Below are positions 40,781-50,413 of a stretch of DNA of 64,000 nucleotides, in pieces. Origin of the DNA: Candidatus Coprovivens sp. (GTDB taxonomy: Bacteria > Bacillota_I > Bacilli_A > RF39 > UBA660). The notes beneath the pieces were generated by a model, which saw only the letters and a list, made by a program, of their open reading frames with translations, searched no databases and was not told where the DNA came from. The position numbers and the translations under genes were made by a program. Where the stretch lies: positions 1-64,000 of the forward strand of contig JBJFGS010000011.1 in assembly GCA_051892935.1 (NCBI GenBank), read 5' to 3'. How positions within the stretch are numbered: the first letter of the stretch is position 1; each line of letters starts with the position of its first letter.

Positions 40781-41599
40781 TTATTTTTGACATTTTTCAC
40801 AATAGTAAGTACTTCTACCACCAACAACAATTCTTTTAATAATTGTATTACAATTTTTACAACATTCATTTTCTCTTTTATGAACCATTAAATTCTGTTG
40901 AAATCTACCAGTAACTCCTAAACTAGAAGTATAACTCCTTATAGTAGTACCACCACACTTTATAGCTTCTTCTATTATTTTTTTAGAAGAAAGAACTATT
41001 CTTTGACAATCTTCTATAGTTATTTCAGTTCCTAACTTTAATGGATTAATCCCAGCAGCAAACAAGACTTCATCAGCATATATATTTCCTAACCCACTTA
41101 TAATAGTTTGATCAAGTAATAAAGTTTTCATTGGAAGTTTTCTCTTCTTAAAATTCTCATATAAATATTCTTTGGAAAGATTATCATCAATTGGTTCAAT
41201 TCCCTGTTTTCTAACTCCTTCAACTTTATCTATTTCCTTTTTCAAAACTAAATTCATTCTTCCAAATTTTCTTGTATCATGGTATCTAAGTTCTGTATCA
41301 TCATCAAATGTAAATATTACATGTTCATGTTTATTTATCTCTTCATCATGATTTTTAATAAAATACTTACCTTCCATTCTTAGATGACTACATAAATAAT
41401 AGTCTCCTATTTCAAATAATAACCATTTACCTTTTCTTAATATATCACTAAATTCCAATCCTATTAAATTGTTTTTAAATTCCTTAAGATCAGATTCAAT
41501 CATTCTTTCATATAAAACATTAACGTTTTTTATTTTTTTTCGAAGTATTCTTTTTCTTAGTGTTTGTCTTACTGTTTCCACTTCTGCTATTTCTGGCAT
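40781..41599 (-). CDS. mutM: formamidopyrimidine-DNA glycosylase
   Basis: MPEIAEVE, RKGK, HLRMEG, GLGNIYADE, C-terminal zinc finger. Confidence 0.96.
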   Translation of the reverse strand: MPEIAEVETVRQTLRKRILRKKIKNVNVLYERMIESDLKEFKNNLIGLEFSDILRKGKWLLFEIGDYYLCSHLRMEGKYFIKNHDEEINKHEHVIFTFDDDTELRYHDTRKFGRMNLVLKKEIDKVEGVRKQGIEPIDDNLSKEYLYENFKKRKLPMKTLLLDQTIISGLGNIYADEVLFAAGINPLKLGTEITIEDCQRIVLSSKKIIEEAIKCGGTTIRSYTSSLGVTGRFQQNLMVHKRENECCKNCNTIIKRIVVGGRSTYYCEKCQK

Positions 41600-42422
41600 C
41601 TTCTTTTAAACTCCTTACTTTTGCTTTTTTAGGTTTTATTTCATCAAGTAAATTAACTTGAACAACATCACTTATTTTTAATAAGTAATCTTCTAATGTC
41701 ACAACAAACGATGTAACATCTATCATTGTCAAAGAATTATTTAAAACAATATTACATTTTAACTTTCTTATACCACCAAAGAAACTAGATTGAATATTAA
41801 CAAACTTTTTAACCTCAGTTCGAGATTTTATTTCTTTTTCATATTCATCAATATCATTCTTTTCTTCTTCTATATATTTAAAACTATTAGTAATAAGTTT
41901 TAAACCTCTATAAATAATATATAAAGATATTAATATTGTACCAACTCTATCAGCATATTTTAATACATCTACCCATTTGCTTATTTTAGAAAGTATTAAT
42001 ACTACAATCATAATTCCACTAATATAAAAGTCTATATTACTATTAATACTACTATAACCAAGTATTCCTTTTTTCTTTCTAAAATTTACACTTGCATAAT
42101 AGCATCCTACAATATATCTAGCTATTATGCAAATAAAGATGAATAATAATATTAATAAAGAAACTTTTTCTATTTTCAATACAAAAGACCAAAATATCAT
42201 TCCCAATCCTAATAAAATTATTATTAATCCTAAAATAGAAGTTATTATCCCCTTATATTTTTTATTGTCTTTTCTTTTCATTACAAATAATGAAGTAATA
42301 AGTAAAATAATTTCTAGTAAGCTACTTGCTATCATAGTATAAGAATGACATATTAAACCACCAATAACTTTTAGTATTATTAAAAAAATATCAATTATAA
42401 TAAACATTTTTACTTCTTTCAC
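41520..42422 (-). CDS. divergent cation diffusion facilitator (CDF)-like membrane protein
   Basis: 6-TM layout and C-terminal dimerisation-like domain; likely GTG start 42422 after an AGGAGG that overlaps the polA stop. Confidence 0.65.
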   Translation of the reverse strand: MKEVKMFIIIDIFLIILKVIGGLICHSYTMIASSLLEIILLITSLFVMKRKDNKKYKGIITSILGLIIILLGLGMIFWSFVLKIEKVSLLILLFIFICIIARYIVGCYYASVNFRKKKGILGYSSINSNIDFYISGIMIVVLILSKISKWVDVLKYADRVGTILISLYIIYRGLKLITNSFKYIEEEKNDIDEYEKEIKSRTEVKKFVNIQSSFFGGIRKLKCNIVLNNSLTMIDVTSFVVTLEDYLLKISDVVQVNLLDEIKPKKAKVRSLKEDARNSRSGNSKTNTKKKNTSKKNKKR

Positions 42423-42435
42423 TACAAAAAGCCTC

Positions 42436-45000
42436 CTATTTACATTCGTACCAATCTTTACCATAATCATGACTAACTTTAAATGGTACACTTAATTTAA
42501 CACAATTTTCCATATTTCGACAAACTAATTCTTCTAAAACATCTTTTTCTTCTTCAACAACGTCAAATATCAATTCATCATGAACTTGTAAAAGCATTTT
42601 ACTTTTTAATTTTTTGCTATTCATCTCATCAAATATTTTAACCATAGCAATTTTCATTATATCAGCAGATGTTCCTTGAATAGGCGTATTAAGTGCAATA
42701 CGTTCCCCACTTTGTCTAACCATAAAGTTTTTATTACTTAATTCTTCAATAACTCTCTTACGATTAAATAATGTTTTAACATAACCATTTTTATATGCTT
42801 CCATGACTATATTATCCATATAGTTTTTTACACCAGGATATAATTCATAATACTTATTTATAAACTCTCTTGCTTCTTTTGCACTTATTTCTAAGTTTTC
42901 TCCTAAACCAAAGCCAGATATTCCATAGACTATTCCAAATATAACCGCTTTGGCAGTTTTTCTTTGTAATTTAGTAACATCTTCCATCTTTACTCCATAT
43001 ATATCAGCAGCCACTCTTGTATGAATATCTTCATCATTAATAAATGCTTGTTGTAACTCTTTAGAACCGGAAACATGAGCAAGTACTCTAAGTTCCATTT
43101 GTGAGTAATCAGCACTCAAAAATAAATCATTACAAGGTAAAAATGCTTTTCTTATCATTCTACCTTCTTCATCTTTTGCAGGTATATTCTGTAAATTAGG
43201 TTCTACAGAACTTAATCTACCTGTTCTAGTAAGATTCTGTTTATATATAGTATGTATCTTACCATCTTCACGTATATAATTAGATAATCCCTCTAAATAA
43301 GTACTCTTAATTTTAGTTAATCTTCTATATTCTAATATCTTTTCTATTACAGGATGAACCCATACTAATTTTTGAAGTACACTAACATCAGTTTTATATC
43401 CTGTTTTAGTTTTCTTAGAACCTGGTAATTCTAATTTTTCAAAAAGAATTATTCCTAATTGCTTTGGACTACTAATATTAAATTCTTCACCTACTAAAGA
43501 ATATATTTCTTTTTCCATATCAGTAATTCTAGAAGTCATTTCCTCTTCCATATCTTTAAGTACTGTAAAATCAACTTTAACGCCATCATATTCCATATTA
43601 GCTAAAACAGTAATTAAAGGCATTTCAATTGTTTCAAATAATTCTAACATTTCCTCTTCTTTTAAGCTCTTCAAATAAGAATCTTTTATATCATATATAA
43701 ACCTAGCTTTAAGAACAATATCTTTTTTATCAAAACCATTTTTCAAACTATTAGAGTAAAAATTAACTTCACACCCATTATTATTCATTAAATAAGCAAT
43801 ATCATCTTTAATATTTATATTAAGTAAATAAGCAGCAATCATTATATCAAAACAAGAAGCAATTTCTAAGCCATCTTTTTTTAATAGAACATAATTCTTC
43901 TTTTGATCAAAAGTATAAATACTCTTATCTTTAAATACATCTATTATTTCAAAAATAATATCAGAAGAAACAAAATAATTATTCTTACTATCAGAAATAG
44001 ACATTCCAATTATATTAGCATCATGATAGTTTTCAGCATCACATTCTATATAAATTGCAATATTATTTTCTAAACTTTTTAAATCATCAATTGATTTGAC
44101 ATTTATATATTTTATATCACTTTCTACAGGTTTAGAAGATTCAACATTCTTTTTCATAAAAGAATAAAACTCCAAATCTTCATATATCTTATTTAAAGCT
44201 ACATAATCAGTACCTTTATAAATAACATCTTCTAAATTAACATTTAGGGGAACATCTCTATAAATAGTGGCAATTTCCTTACTTATAAAAGCACTCTCTC
44301 TATCAGCTTCTAGTTTTTCCTTCATCTTACCTTTTATTTCATCTATATGTTCATATATATCTTCAATGGTATCATATTGCTTTAATAAATTAATAGCAGT
44401 TTTATCACCTATTCCTTTTACACCAGGAATATTATCAGAAGGATCACCAGCTAATGCTTTATAATCAATCATTCTTATTGGTTCAAATCCCCAATCTTCT
44501 TTAAAATTCTTTTTATTATATCTAATATAATCTTTTTGTTTTAAAAGTTTTACTTCCGTTTCATCACTAATAAGTTGTAATAGATCTTTATCTGAAGATA
44601 CAATTAGGGCCTCATAATCAGGATCTTCTTCACACATTTTTGCAAATGTTCCAATTATATCATCTGCTTCATATGGTTCCATTTCAAAATATTGAATTCC
44701 CATCGCATTAAGTATTTCTCTAGCAATTGGCATTTGCATTTTCAACTCATCAGGTGTAGCACTCCTACCATCTTTATAAGTTTCATATTTTTGTTTTCTA
44801 AAGTTTTTTCCCACATCAAAAGCAACAGCTACATACTCAGGTTTTTCTTCATTAATTATTTTATTCATCATTCCAACAAAACCATATAATGCATTAGTAG
44901 GAAATCCTTTACTATTTTTCATAACATTACCAGTATACGCTGTAGCATAATAACTTCTAAACATTAAATTATTACCATCTATTAAAAGAATTTTTTTCAT
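42436..45000 (-). CDS. polA: DNA polymerase I
   Basis: LIDGNNLMFR, EADD, GDPSDNIPGV, TGRLSS..PNLQNIP, ADYSQMELR, QVHDE. Confidence 0.98.
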   Translation of the reverse strand: MKKILLIDGNNLMFRSYYATAYTGNVMKNSKGFPTNALYGFVGMMNKIINEEKPEYVAVAFDVGKNFRKQKYETYKDGRSATPDELKMQMPIAREILNAMGIQYFEMEPYEADDIIGTFAKMCEEDPDYEALIVSSDKDLLQLISDETEVKLLKQKDYIRYNKKNFKEDWGFEPIRMIDYKALAGDPSDNIPGVKGIGDKTAINLLKQYDTIEDIYEHIDEIKGKMKEKLEADRESAFISKEIATIYRDVPLNVNLEDVIYKGTDYVALNKIYEDLEFYSFMKKNVESSKPVESDIKYINVKSIDDLKSLENNIAIYIECDAENYHDANIIGMSISDSKNNYFVSSDIIFEIIDVFKDKSIYTFDQKKNYVLLKKDGLEIASCFDIMIAAYLLNINIKDDIAYLMNNNGCEVNFYSNSLKNGFDKKDIVLKARFIYDIKDSYLKSLKEEEMLELFETIEMPLITVLANMEYDGVKVDFTVLKDMEEEMTSRITDMEKEIYSLVGEEFNISSPKQLGIILFEKLELPGSKKTKTGYKTDVSVLQKLVWVHPVIEKILEYRRLTKIKSTYLEGLSNYIREDGKIHTIYKQNLTRTGRLSSVEPNLQNIPAKDEEGRMIRKAFLPCNDLFLSADYSQMELRVLAHVSGSKELQQAFINDEDIHTRVAADIYGVKMEDVTKLQRKTAKAVIFGIVYGISGFGLGENLEISAKEAREFINKYYELYPGVKNYMDNIVMEAYKNGYVKTLFNRKRVIEELSNKNFMVRQSGERIALNTPIQGTSADIMKIAMVKIFDEMNSKKLKSKMLLQVHDELIFDVVEEEKDVLEELVCRNMENCVKLSVPFKVSHDYGKDWYECK

Positions 45001-45096
45001 ATCCATCACCTATTACGTATTATACCAAAAAATACTTATTTTAACTTTTATTTTTAAACAAAAAAACTTTTTTTATTTAAAAAAATATCTGAAATA

Positions 45097-45780
45097 TCAG
45101 ATATTTATACAAGCCTCTACAAACTTTTCAAAAATAACATTATATTGATCTAATACTTCTGGGTGAAACTGAACACCAATAATAAATTTATCATCTCCGT
45201 TATATTCAATTCCTTCTATTAATCCATCTTCTGATTTAGCACTTATCTTAAATTTCTTACCAATTTCGGTAATAGTACATTTGTGAACACTATTTACTTT
45301 GATAGACTTTTCACCAAAGATATCAAATAATTTTGTATCTTCTTCAATCTTTATATTATGAACAACTTCATCATTATTATCTCTAAATAATTCTACCGGC
45401 CAATGATCAACACCATTATCTATTATTTTTATTATTTTTTTTGGTTCATTATTTTCAATATTTACAGAATACATGCCTATTGTTTGCATTCCCAAACATA
45501 TCCCCAATATAGGTTTACTCTCTTTATAAAAATAATCTAATACTTCTAAGTTAGATTTAGTAACTCTATTGCCACCAGGTAACAATAAACCATCGCACAT
45601 CTTAACAGAATCCCAAATAATTTCATCATTTTTATATGGTAAAAGTAAAGGTATCCCACCATTATCAACTATTTTCTTTATATAATTATTTCCATATCTA
45701 TAAGTATCAGCAAAAGTATCATTACTCATCATATAATTGCTAGTAGGTAAAATACCTATTATAGGTTTTTTATTATTCAT
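45097..45780 (-). CDS. peptidase C26 / gamma-glutamyl-gamma-aminobutyrate hydrolase family
   Basis: KPIIGI, GLLLPGG, LGICLGMQ, GVQFHPE. Confidence 0.9.
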   Translation of the reverse strand: MNNKKPIIGILPTSNYMMSNDTFADTYRYGNNYIKKIVDNGGIPLLLPYKNDEIIWDSVKMCDGLLLPGGNRVTKSNLEVLDYFYKESKPILGICLGMQTIGMYSVNIENNEPKKIIKIIDNGVDHWPVELFRDNNDEVVHNIKIEEDTKLFDIFGEKSIKVNSVHKCTITEIGKKFKISAKSEDGLIEGIEYNGDDKFIIGVQFHPEVLDQYNVIFEKFVEACINI

Positions 45781-46210
45781 AAAAATCCTCCAATACTTGA
45801 TTATTTAATCCATCTTCACCTATAGGAACAACTTTATAATCTTTATTTATATAATCATTATAATTTATACTTACATCTAATTCAATATTATAATTACCGA
45901 CTATTTTATAAAACTTATCTATTAACCATTTATTCATTGCAACAAATCCTTGATTAATAAATATAATGGTTTTATAAGAAGTATCTTTTATTGACATCAA
46001 CAATTCCAAAGTAGTTAATGGATTACCTTCCGTAATAAACAAAGATTCTTTATTAATCATTATTTCTTTATATTTCTTTTTTAATAATAAACTAAAAACA
46101 TCATAATAATCAGAGAATCTTATTTTAGAATTCATTTTATCATTATCAATTTCTATTAACTTTTCAACAATTTCTTTTTCTACTATCAAATAATCCAATA
46201 ATTCATTCAT
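45773..46210 (-). CDS. hypothetical protein, possible truncated ProA/ALDH-like domain
   Basis: FITEGNPLTT...MNKWLID...VVPIGEDGL resembles ProA IIYESRPNVT...SNxALV...IIPRGGxGL. Confidence 0.5.
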   Translation of the reverse strand: MNELLDYLIVEKEIVEKLIEIDNDKMNSKIRFSDYYDVFSLLLKKKYKEIMINKESLFITEGNPLTTLELLMSIKDTSYKTIIFINQGFVAMNKWLIDKFYKIVGNYNIELDVSINYNDYINKDYKVVPIGEDGLNNQVLEDFYE

Positions 46211-46218
46211 CTTATCAC

Positions 46219-47739
46219 CTATTTTAACTTTTTAGTTATTTTACCAGAATCTATAAGTCTATCAATAGCATCTACTACTTTATCATCATAAACATTTCCA
46301 TTAATTACTTGCATCATTCTCTTACACCAAGTACTTGTATGATAAATTCTACTAACTCCATTTCCACCTTGTTTAATATAATCCATTATTTCAGACTTAG
46401 TAAGCATAGACATTTGAACAAAATTATTAAAATTCATAACATAAGTTGCATTAGATTCAACAGGTTCACGAGTTTCATAATTTTTATAATATTTTTCAAA
46501 TACGACTACTCCATTAGAATACAAATATCCAATATACCCAGTAAAATTATTTTTACCAGTCATTTTATATAGATAATTAGTCCCATCTAAAAAATTCATT
46601 CTATCAACAACTAGTTGTTCTTTTTCTTCTTTTGTTTTTTTCTTTTTAGAATGTTTAGTATCTATCTTATCCATTAAATCTTCTTGTTTATCCAAAAAAA
46701 TATCTTTTGTACCTCTACGAATAAATTCCCAGGAAGCTTCTAATTTTTTTGATGATATATATTCTTCTAAAGTTTGCGTTAAATCCATTACATTTTTTAT
46801 ATCTCTATAATCTGTTATTCCATCATCTTCTAAAGAATATAAATTAAAATCAGGATATAGTATTTTTATTTCATTATATTCTCTTATAACATCATCAACA
46901 GATACAGTAATTACTTGTCCATCATTTAAACAAGTTTTAACACTTACATTATAATCTACTTTACTTCTCAATTCTTTAATTGCCATGATATACTTTTCTA
47001 CATGAACAAAAGAACTGTGAACCTTACCATACTCATTTAAAACACTTTTAGATACTTCAATTAATTGTTTAGACATAGCTAAATAGAATTTATCCAAATC
47101 TAAACATTCTTCTAATTCTTTTAAATCAATTTTTTCATCAAACAAAGGAATAAGATATCTAAGTGCTATTAAAAATGACCCAATATTTTCTTTAGTTAAT
47201 TCCAAATATCTCGTATAGCTCATAAATTTATAGTTTTTACCAAATAACTTTTTCTTATATTCTTCACCAATTAAATACTTTTTCTTTAAATTTTCATCAA
47301 TTCTTTTGGTATCTTCATCCATCTCATTATTTAAAAGTCTAGATATATCTTTTCTATATTTCCTGAAAAAATCTTTTAAAATAATATGAACTTCATTAAG
47401 ATCTTCAGGCAACTCTGGACATTCTCCGATAAAACGGCCACAAAATTGTATCAAAAATAATAATCCTGATACTTTTAAAGTCCTTCCATTTTCTTCATCT
47501 AAATCAGAAAGAAGATAAAACTCATATTCCCCAACACGATTTAAATTAGATAAATAATTATTAATAGGACCAACATATTTTTTCTTCATAAACTCATCAA
47601 AAAAATTTTTTCCATCTTTAATTTTAGAAGCATATCGTAAAACATCTGCTTTTATTGGATAATTACCTTCATAAGTAACTCTTGGATTAAAGATTTCTTC
47701 AATACTATTATCAAAATAACTTGCAATACTTACTTCCAT
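46219..47739 (-). CDS. hypothetical protein
   Basis: About 506 aa; RBS AGGGGG before ATG 47739; no TM or signal peptide. Confidence 0.75.
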   Translation of the reverse strand: MEVSIASYFDNSIEEIFNPRVTYEGNYPIKADVLRYASKIKDGKNFFDEFMKKKYVGPINNYLSNLNRVGEYEFYLLSDLDEENGRTLKVSGLLFLIQFCGRFIGECPELPEDLNEVHIILKDFFRKYRKDISRLLNNEMDEDTKRIDENLKKKYLIGEEYKKKLFGKNYKFMSYTRYLELTKENIGSFLIALRYLIPLFDEKIDLKELEECLDLDKFYLAMSKQLIEVSKSVLNEYGKVHSSFVHVEKYIMAIKELRSKVDYNVSVKTCLNDGQVITVSVDDVIREYNEIKILYPDFNLYSLEDDGITDYRDIKNVMDLTQTLEEYISSKKLEASWEFIRRGTKDIFLDKQEDLMDKIDTKHSKKKKTKEEKEQLVVDRMNFLDGTNYLYKMTGKNNFTGYIGYLYSNGVVVFEKYYKNYETREPVESNATYVMNFNNFVQMSMLTKSEIMDYIKQGGNGVSRIYHTSTWCKRMMQVINGNVYDDKVVDAIDRLIDSGKITKKLK

Positions 47740-47863
47740 ATAAATCCCCCTAATAAATGACAATACTTTATCATACTTAAAAATTATTATCAAATTCAAA
47801 CGTAAAATATAGATTATTTTTTTATAATATGCTATCATTTATAATAGGAAAGAGGTTAAGAAA

Positions 47864-48658
47864 ATGAAAAACGTAGATTTCAAAAAACTATTCATATTAA
47901 TAGCTATAATCGTTATAATTGCTGTAGTAATACTTCTTGTTGTTAATTTCAGTAACAAAGATAAACTAACTAAAGAAGAAACACAAAAAATAGAAGATAT
48001 TTCTATCAAATATTATGCTAATTTAACAGAAGGATACACAACAGTATATGGAGGCCTTGATATTCTATATCAAAGAAAAGAAACTACAACAAAAAATTTA
48101 GAAACAGTTGAAATCCTTAATACATCAATTAAATACGCAAGCGATAATAGTTTTGACACATCAGTAAGTGATGCTAAAGTTAAAGCATTAGAAGCAAGCA
48201 AAAAGTATAAAAATATTAGTGAATATGCACTATACAATGGTGAAAGTGTAAGAAAAGCAATAACAGAATTATTTGGAGATATCAAATATGTAGATTCCAG
48301 CGCTAATAATAATCATAATTTTATTTACGACTACATATATGATAGCAATAATGATGTATATTTAGTAAAAAGAAACAACAACGACTCACAAGTTAACACT
48401 AATCAAGGTATCAATTATAAACTATTATCTACAAAAGAAAAAGATGAAAAAGTAATTGTAACTATTGCAATAGCATATACTTGCAAAGTTGATGCAAATA
48501 CTATGTATGCTAAAGATCCCGAAGGAGAAAAGATTATAGCTGAAAATGTTGAAGAATTCCCAGAAGATAAAATTGATGAATTTGATAAATATGAAATAAC
48601 TTTAAAAAAATCATCTGATAACAAATATGTATTTGAAAGCATAAAAAAGGTTAAGTAA
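47864..48658 (+). CDS. hypothetical membrane-anchored protein
   Basis: N-terminal TM; RBS GAGG. Confidence 0.75.
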   Translation: MKNVDFKKLFILIAIIVIIAVVILLVVNFSNKDKLTKEETQKIEDISIKYYANLTEGYTTVYGGLDILYQRKETTTKNLETVEILNTSIKYASDNSFDTSVSDAKVKALEASKKYKNISEYALYNGESVRKAITELFGDIKYVDSSANNNHNFIYDYIYDSNNDVYLVKRNNNDSQVNTNQGINYKLLSTKEKDEKVIVTIAIAYTCKVDANTMYAKDPEGEKIIAENVEEFPEDKIDEFDKYEITLKKSSDNKYVFESIKKVK

Positions 48659-48673
48659 CAACTTAACCTTTTT
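48644..48673. terminator. bidirectional terminator
   Basis: AAAAAGGTTAAGT-AACA-ACTTAACCTTTTT between convergent genes. Confidence 0.75.
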
Positions 48674-50336
48674 AATTTCTTACTAATTTAACCATATCTT
48701 CAGATTTTTCACATTGTAAAACAAAATCTGTAGTTGTCATATTACTATAAGAAGTTTCTTTCATCTCTACTTTTATAGTATTAGCTTCTCTTAATACATC
48801 ACTACAAGTATCACCATATTTTTCTTTTAAAAGTTCAACTGCTTCCAAAGCATTATTTCTAGTCGGATATTGATAATAATAATCAATCCCCAATATTTTA
48901 TCTCCTTCATAGTGTATTACTAATTTATATTTTTCTTCTAAATTTTTATATACTATTATCTTTTGATCTACATCAGTATAAAGTTCATTATAACTCAAAA
49001 ATGGAAACTCCTTATTAGATATTTCTTCCGTAACTTCAATATCAGAACTACTAGCACTACCACTAGTTCCTATTACTCCAACAGTTGAAGCAGTACTAGC
49101 ATAAGAACCATTTGAAGTAGTATTACTATATGTACCAGAATTTCCGTTATAAGTAGAACTTGAAGATACCCAACTATTAGATGAAGAACTAGTATTAGTA
49201 GGAGTATTAGTATAATAATTTATACTATTATTTAATTCTCCTGCATCTGTTTTTAAATTATCATTAATTTCATCAATCGAATTGCCTATTTGTATAATCT
49301 TACTAGTATCTTTTTCCAAACAATTCAAAGTTTTTGCACAAGCACTAAAATAAGCTTGAATAATTTCATTCTCCGCATTTGGAATTTGTGTAGTACTTCC
49401 ATAATAATCCATACTCATTGTACTTAAAAAATTAGAATTCTTAATAGCTGTTCTAATCGTATTAATCTTACTACCTAAATAACTATTATTACACTGTAAT
49501 TCAGTATCCATATTACTTAAACGATTATAATATCTAAAAGGATTATCAGCTACATCAGAATTAACAAACTTTTCAGCTACTTCATCAAGTGAGATTTCAT
49601 ACCATTCTCCACTATTTATATCATAAGTAACAAATTTATAAATATCACTATTAGCAAGTTCATCTGACTCTCCAGTCACAAAATCAATAATACCATTTTG
49701 TAAAGCTTCTCTATTTAAAGGTACATGTCCAGCATGTGAACCTGAAGTCCAAGCAAGAATAACATCAACACCACCCTGTGCTAATTTTCTTTCAAAATCA
49801 GTTGATGTTCCATTTGGTTCCAAAAATAATAACGTAGCTTCATCTTCAACCAACAAATCAATTTGCTCTTGATTAACAGTAAAACCAACAACATCACAAA
49901 AAACAGCATTATGTGGCCCACTATCAGGATAAGTACTAATAGTATTTAAAATTGTATTAAACGTCGTAGGACCACTCGCACTAAATCCCATTGAATCAAT
50001 ATTAGTTATCTCAGCATCATTTGCAGCACCGATATTTTCAATAAGCTGTAAATGTCTTGCTCCTCCACTAGCTCTATCACTATAAGCATCATCAACTATT
50101 ATTATAATCTGATTAGAATTTCCATCATTTATTGAAGACCTAATATATTCAGCATCATTCCTTGAACCACCAGAACCAGGATAATAAATAAATGCCGATG
50201 TTGATGAATCAACATCATCAGGAACAAACAATGTAAAACCTTTAAAATCATAATATACACCATTAGGAACTTGTACGGGATCTTTCTCCAAATCTGATAT
50301 AGAAATTCCGTATATTGAATTTAAACTATTACTCAC
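48672..50336 (-). CDS. alpha/beta-hydrolase-like domain + helical segment + Ser/Thr linker protein
   Basis: YYPGSGG, MGFSASG nucleophile elbow, GHV; no signal peptide; likely GTG start 50336. Confidence 0.6.
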   Translation of the reverse strand: MSNSLNSIYGISISDLEKDPVQVPNGVYYDFKGFTLFVPDDVDSSTSAFIYYPGSGGSRNDAEYIRSSINDGNSNQIIIIVDDAYSDRASGGARHLQLIENIGAANDAEITNIDSMGFSASGPTTFNTILNTISTYPDSGPHNAVFCDVVGFTVNQEQIDLLVEDEATLLFLEPNGTSTDFERKLAQGGVDVILAWTSGSHAGHVPLNREALQNGIIDFVTGESDELANSDIYKFVTYDINSGEWYEISLDEVAEKFVNSDVADNPFRYYNRLSNMDTELQCNNSYLGSKINTIRTAIKNSNFLSTMSMDYYGSTTQIPNAENEIIQAYFSACAKTLNCLEKDTSKIIQIGNSIDEINDNLKTDAGELNNSINYYTNTPTNTSSSSNSWVSSSSTYNGNSGTYSNTTSNGSYASTASTVGVIGTSGSASSSDIEVTEEISNKEFPFLSYNELYTDVDQKIIVYKNLEEKYKLVIHYEGDKILGIDYYYQYPTRNNALEAVELLKEKYGDTCSDVLREANTIKVEMKETSYSNMTTTDFVLQCEKSEDMVKLVRN

Positions 50337-50413
50337 TATAATCACCTATTCTTACAATATTATAACATAACTTTCAAAAGTATAAATACTTTGTCAAATA
50401 AAAAAGTAATCAA

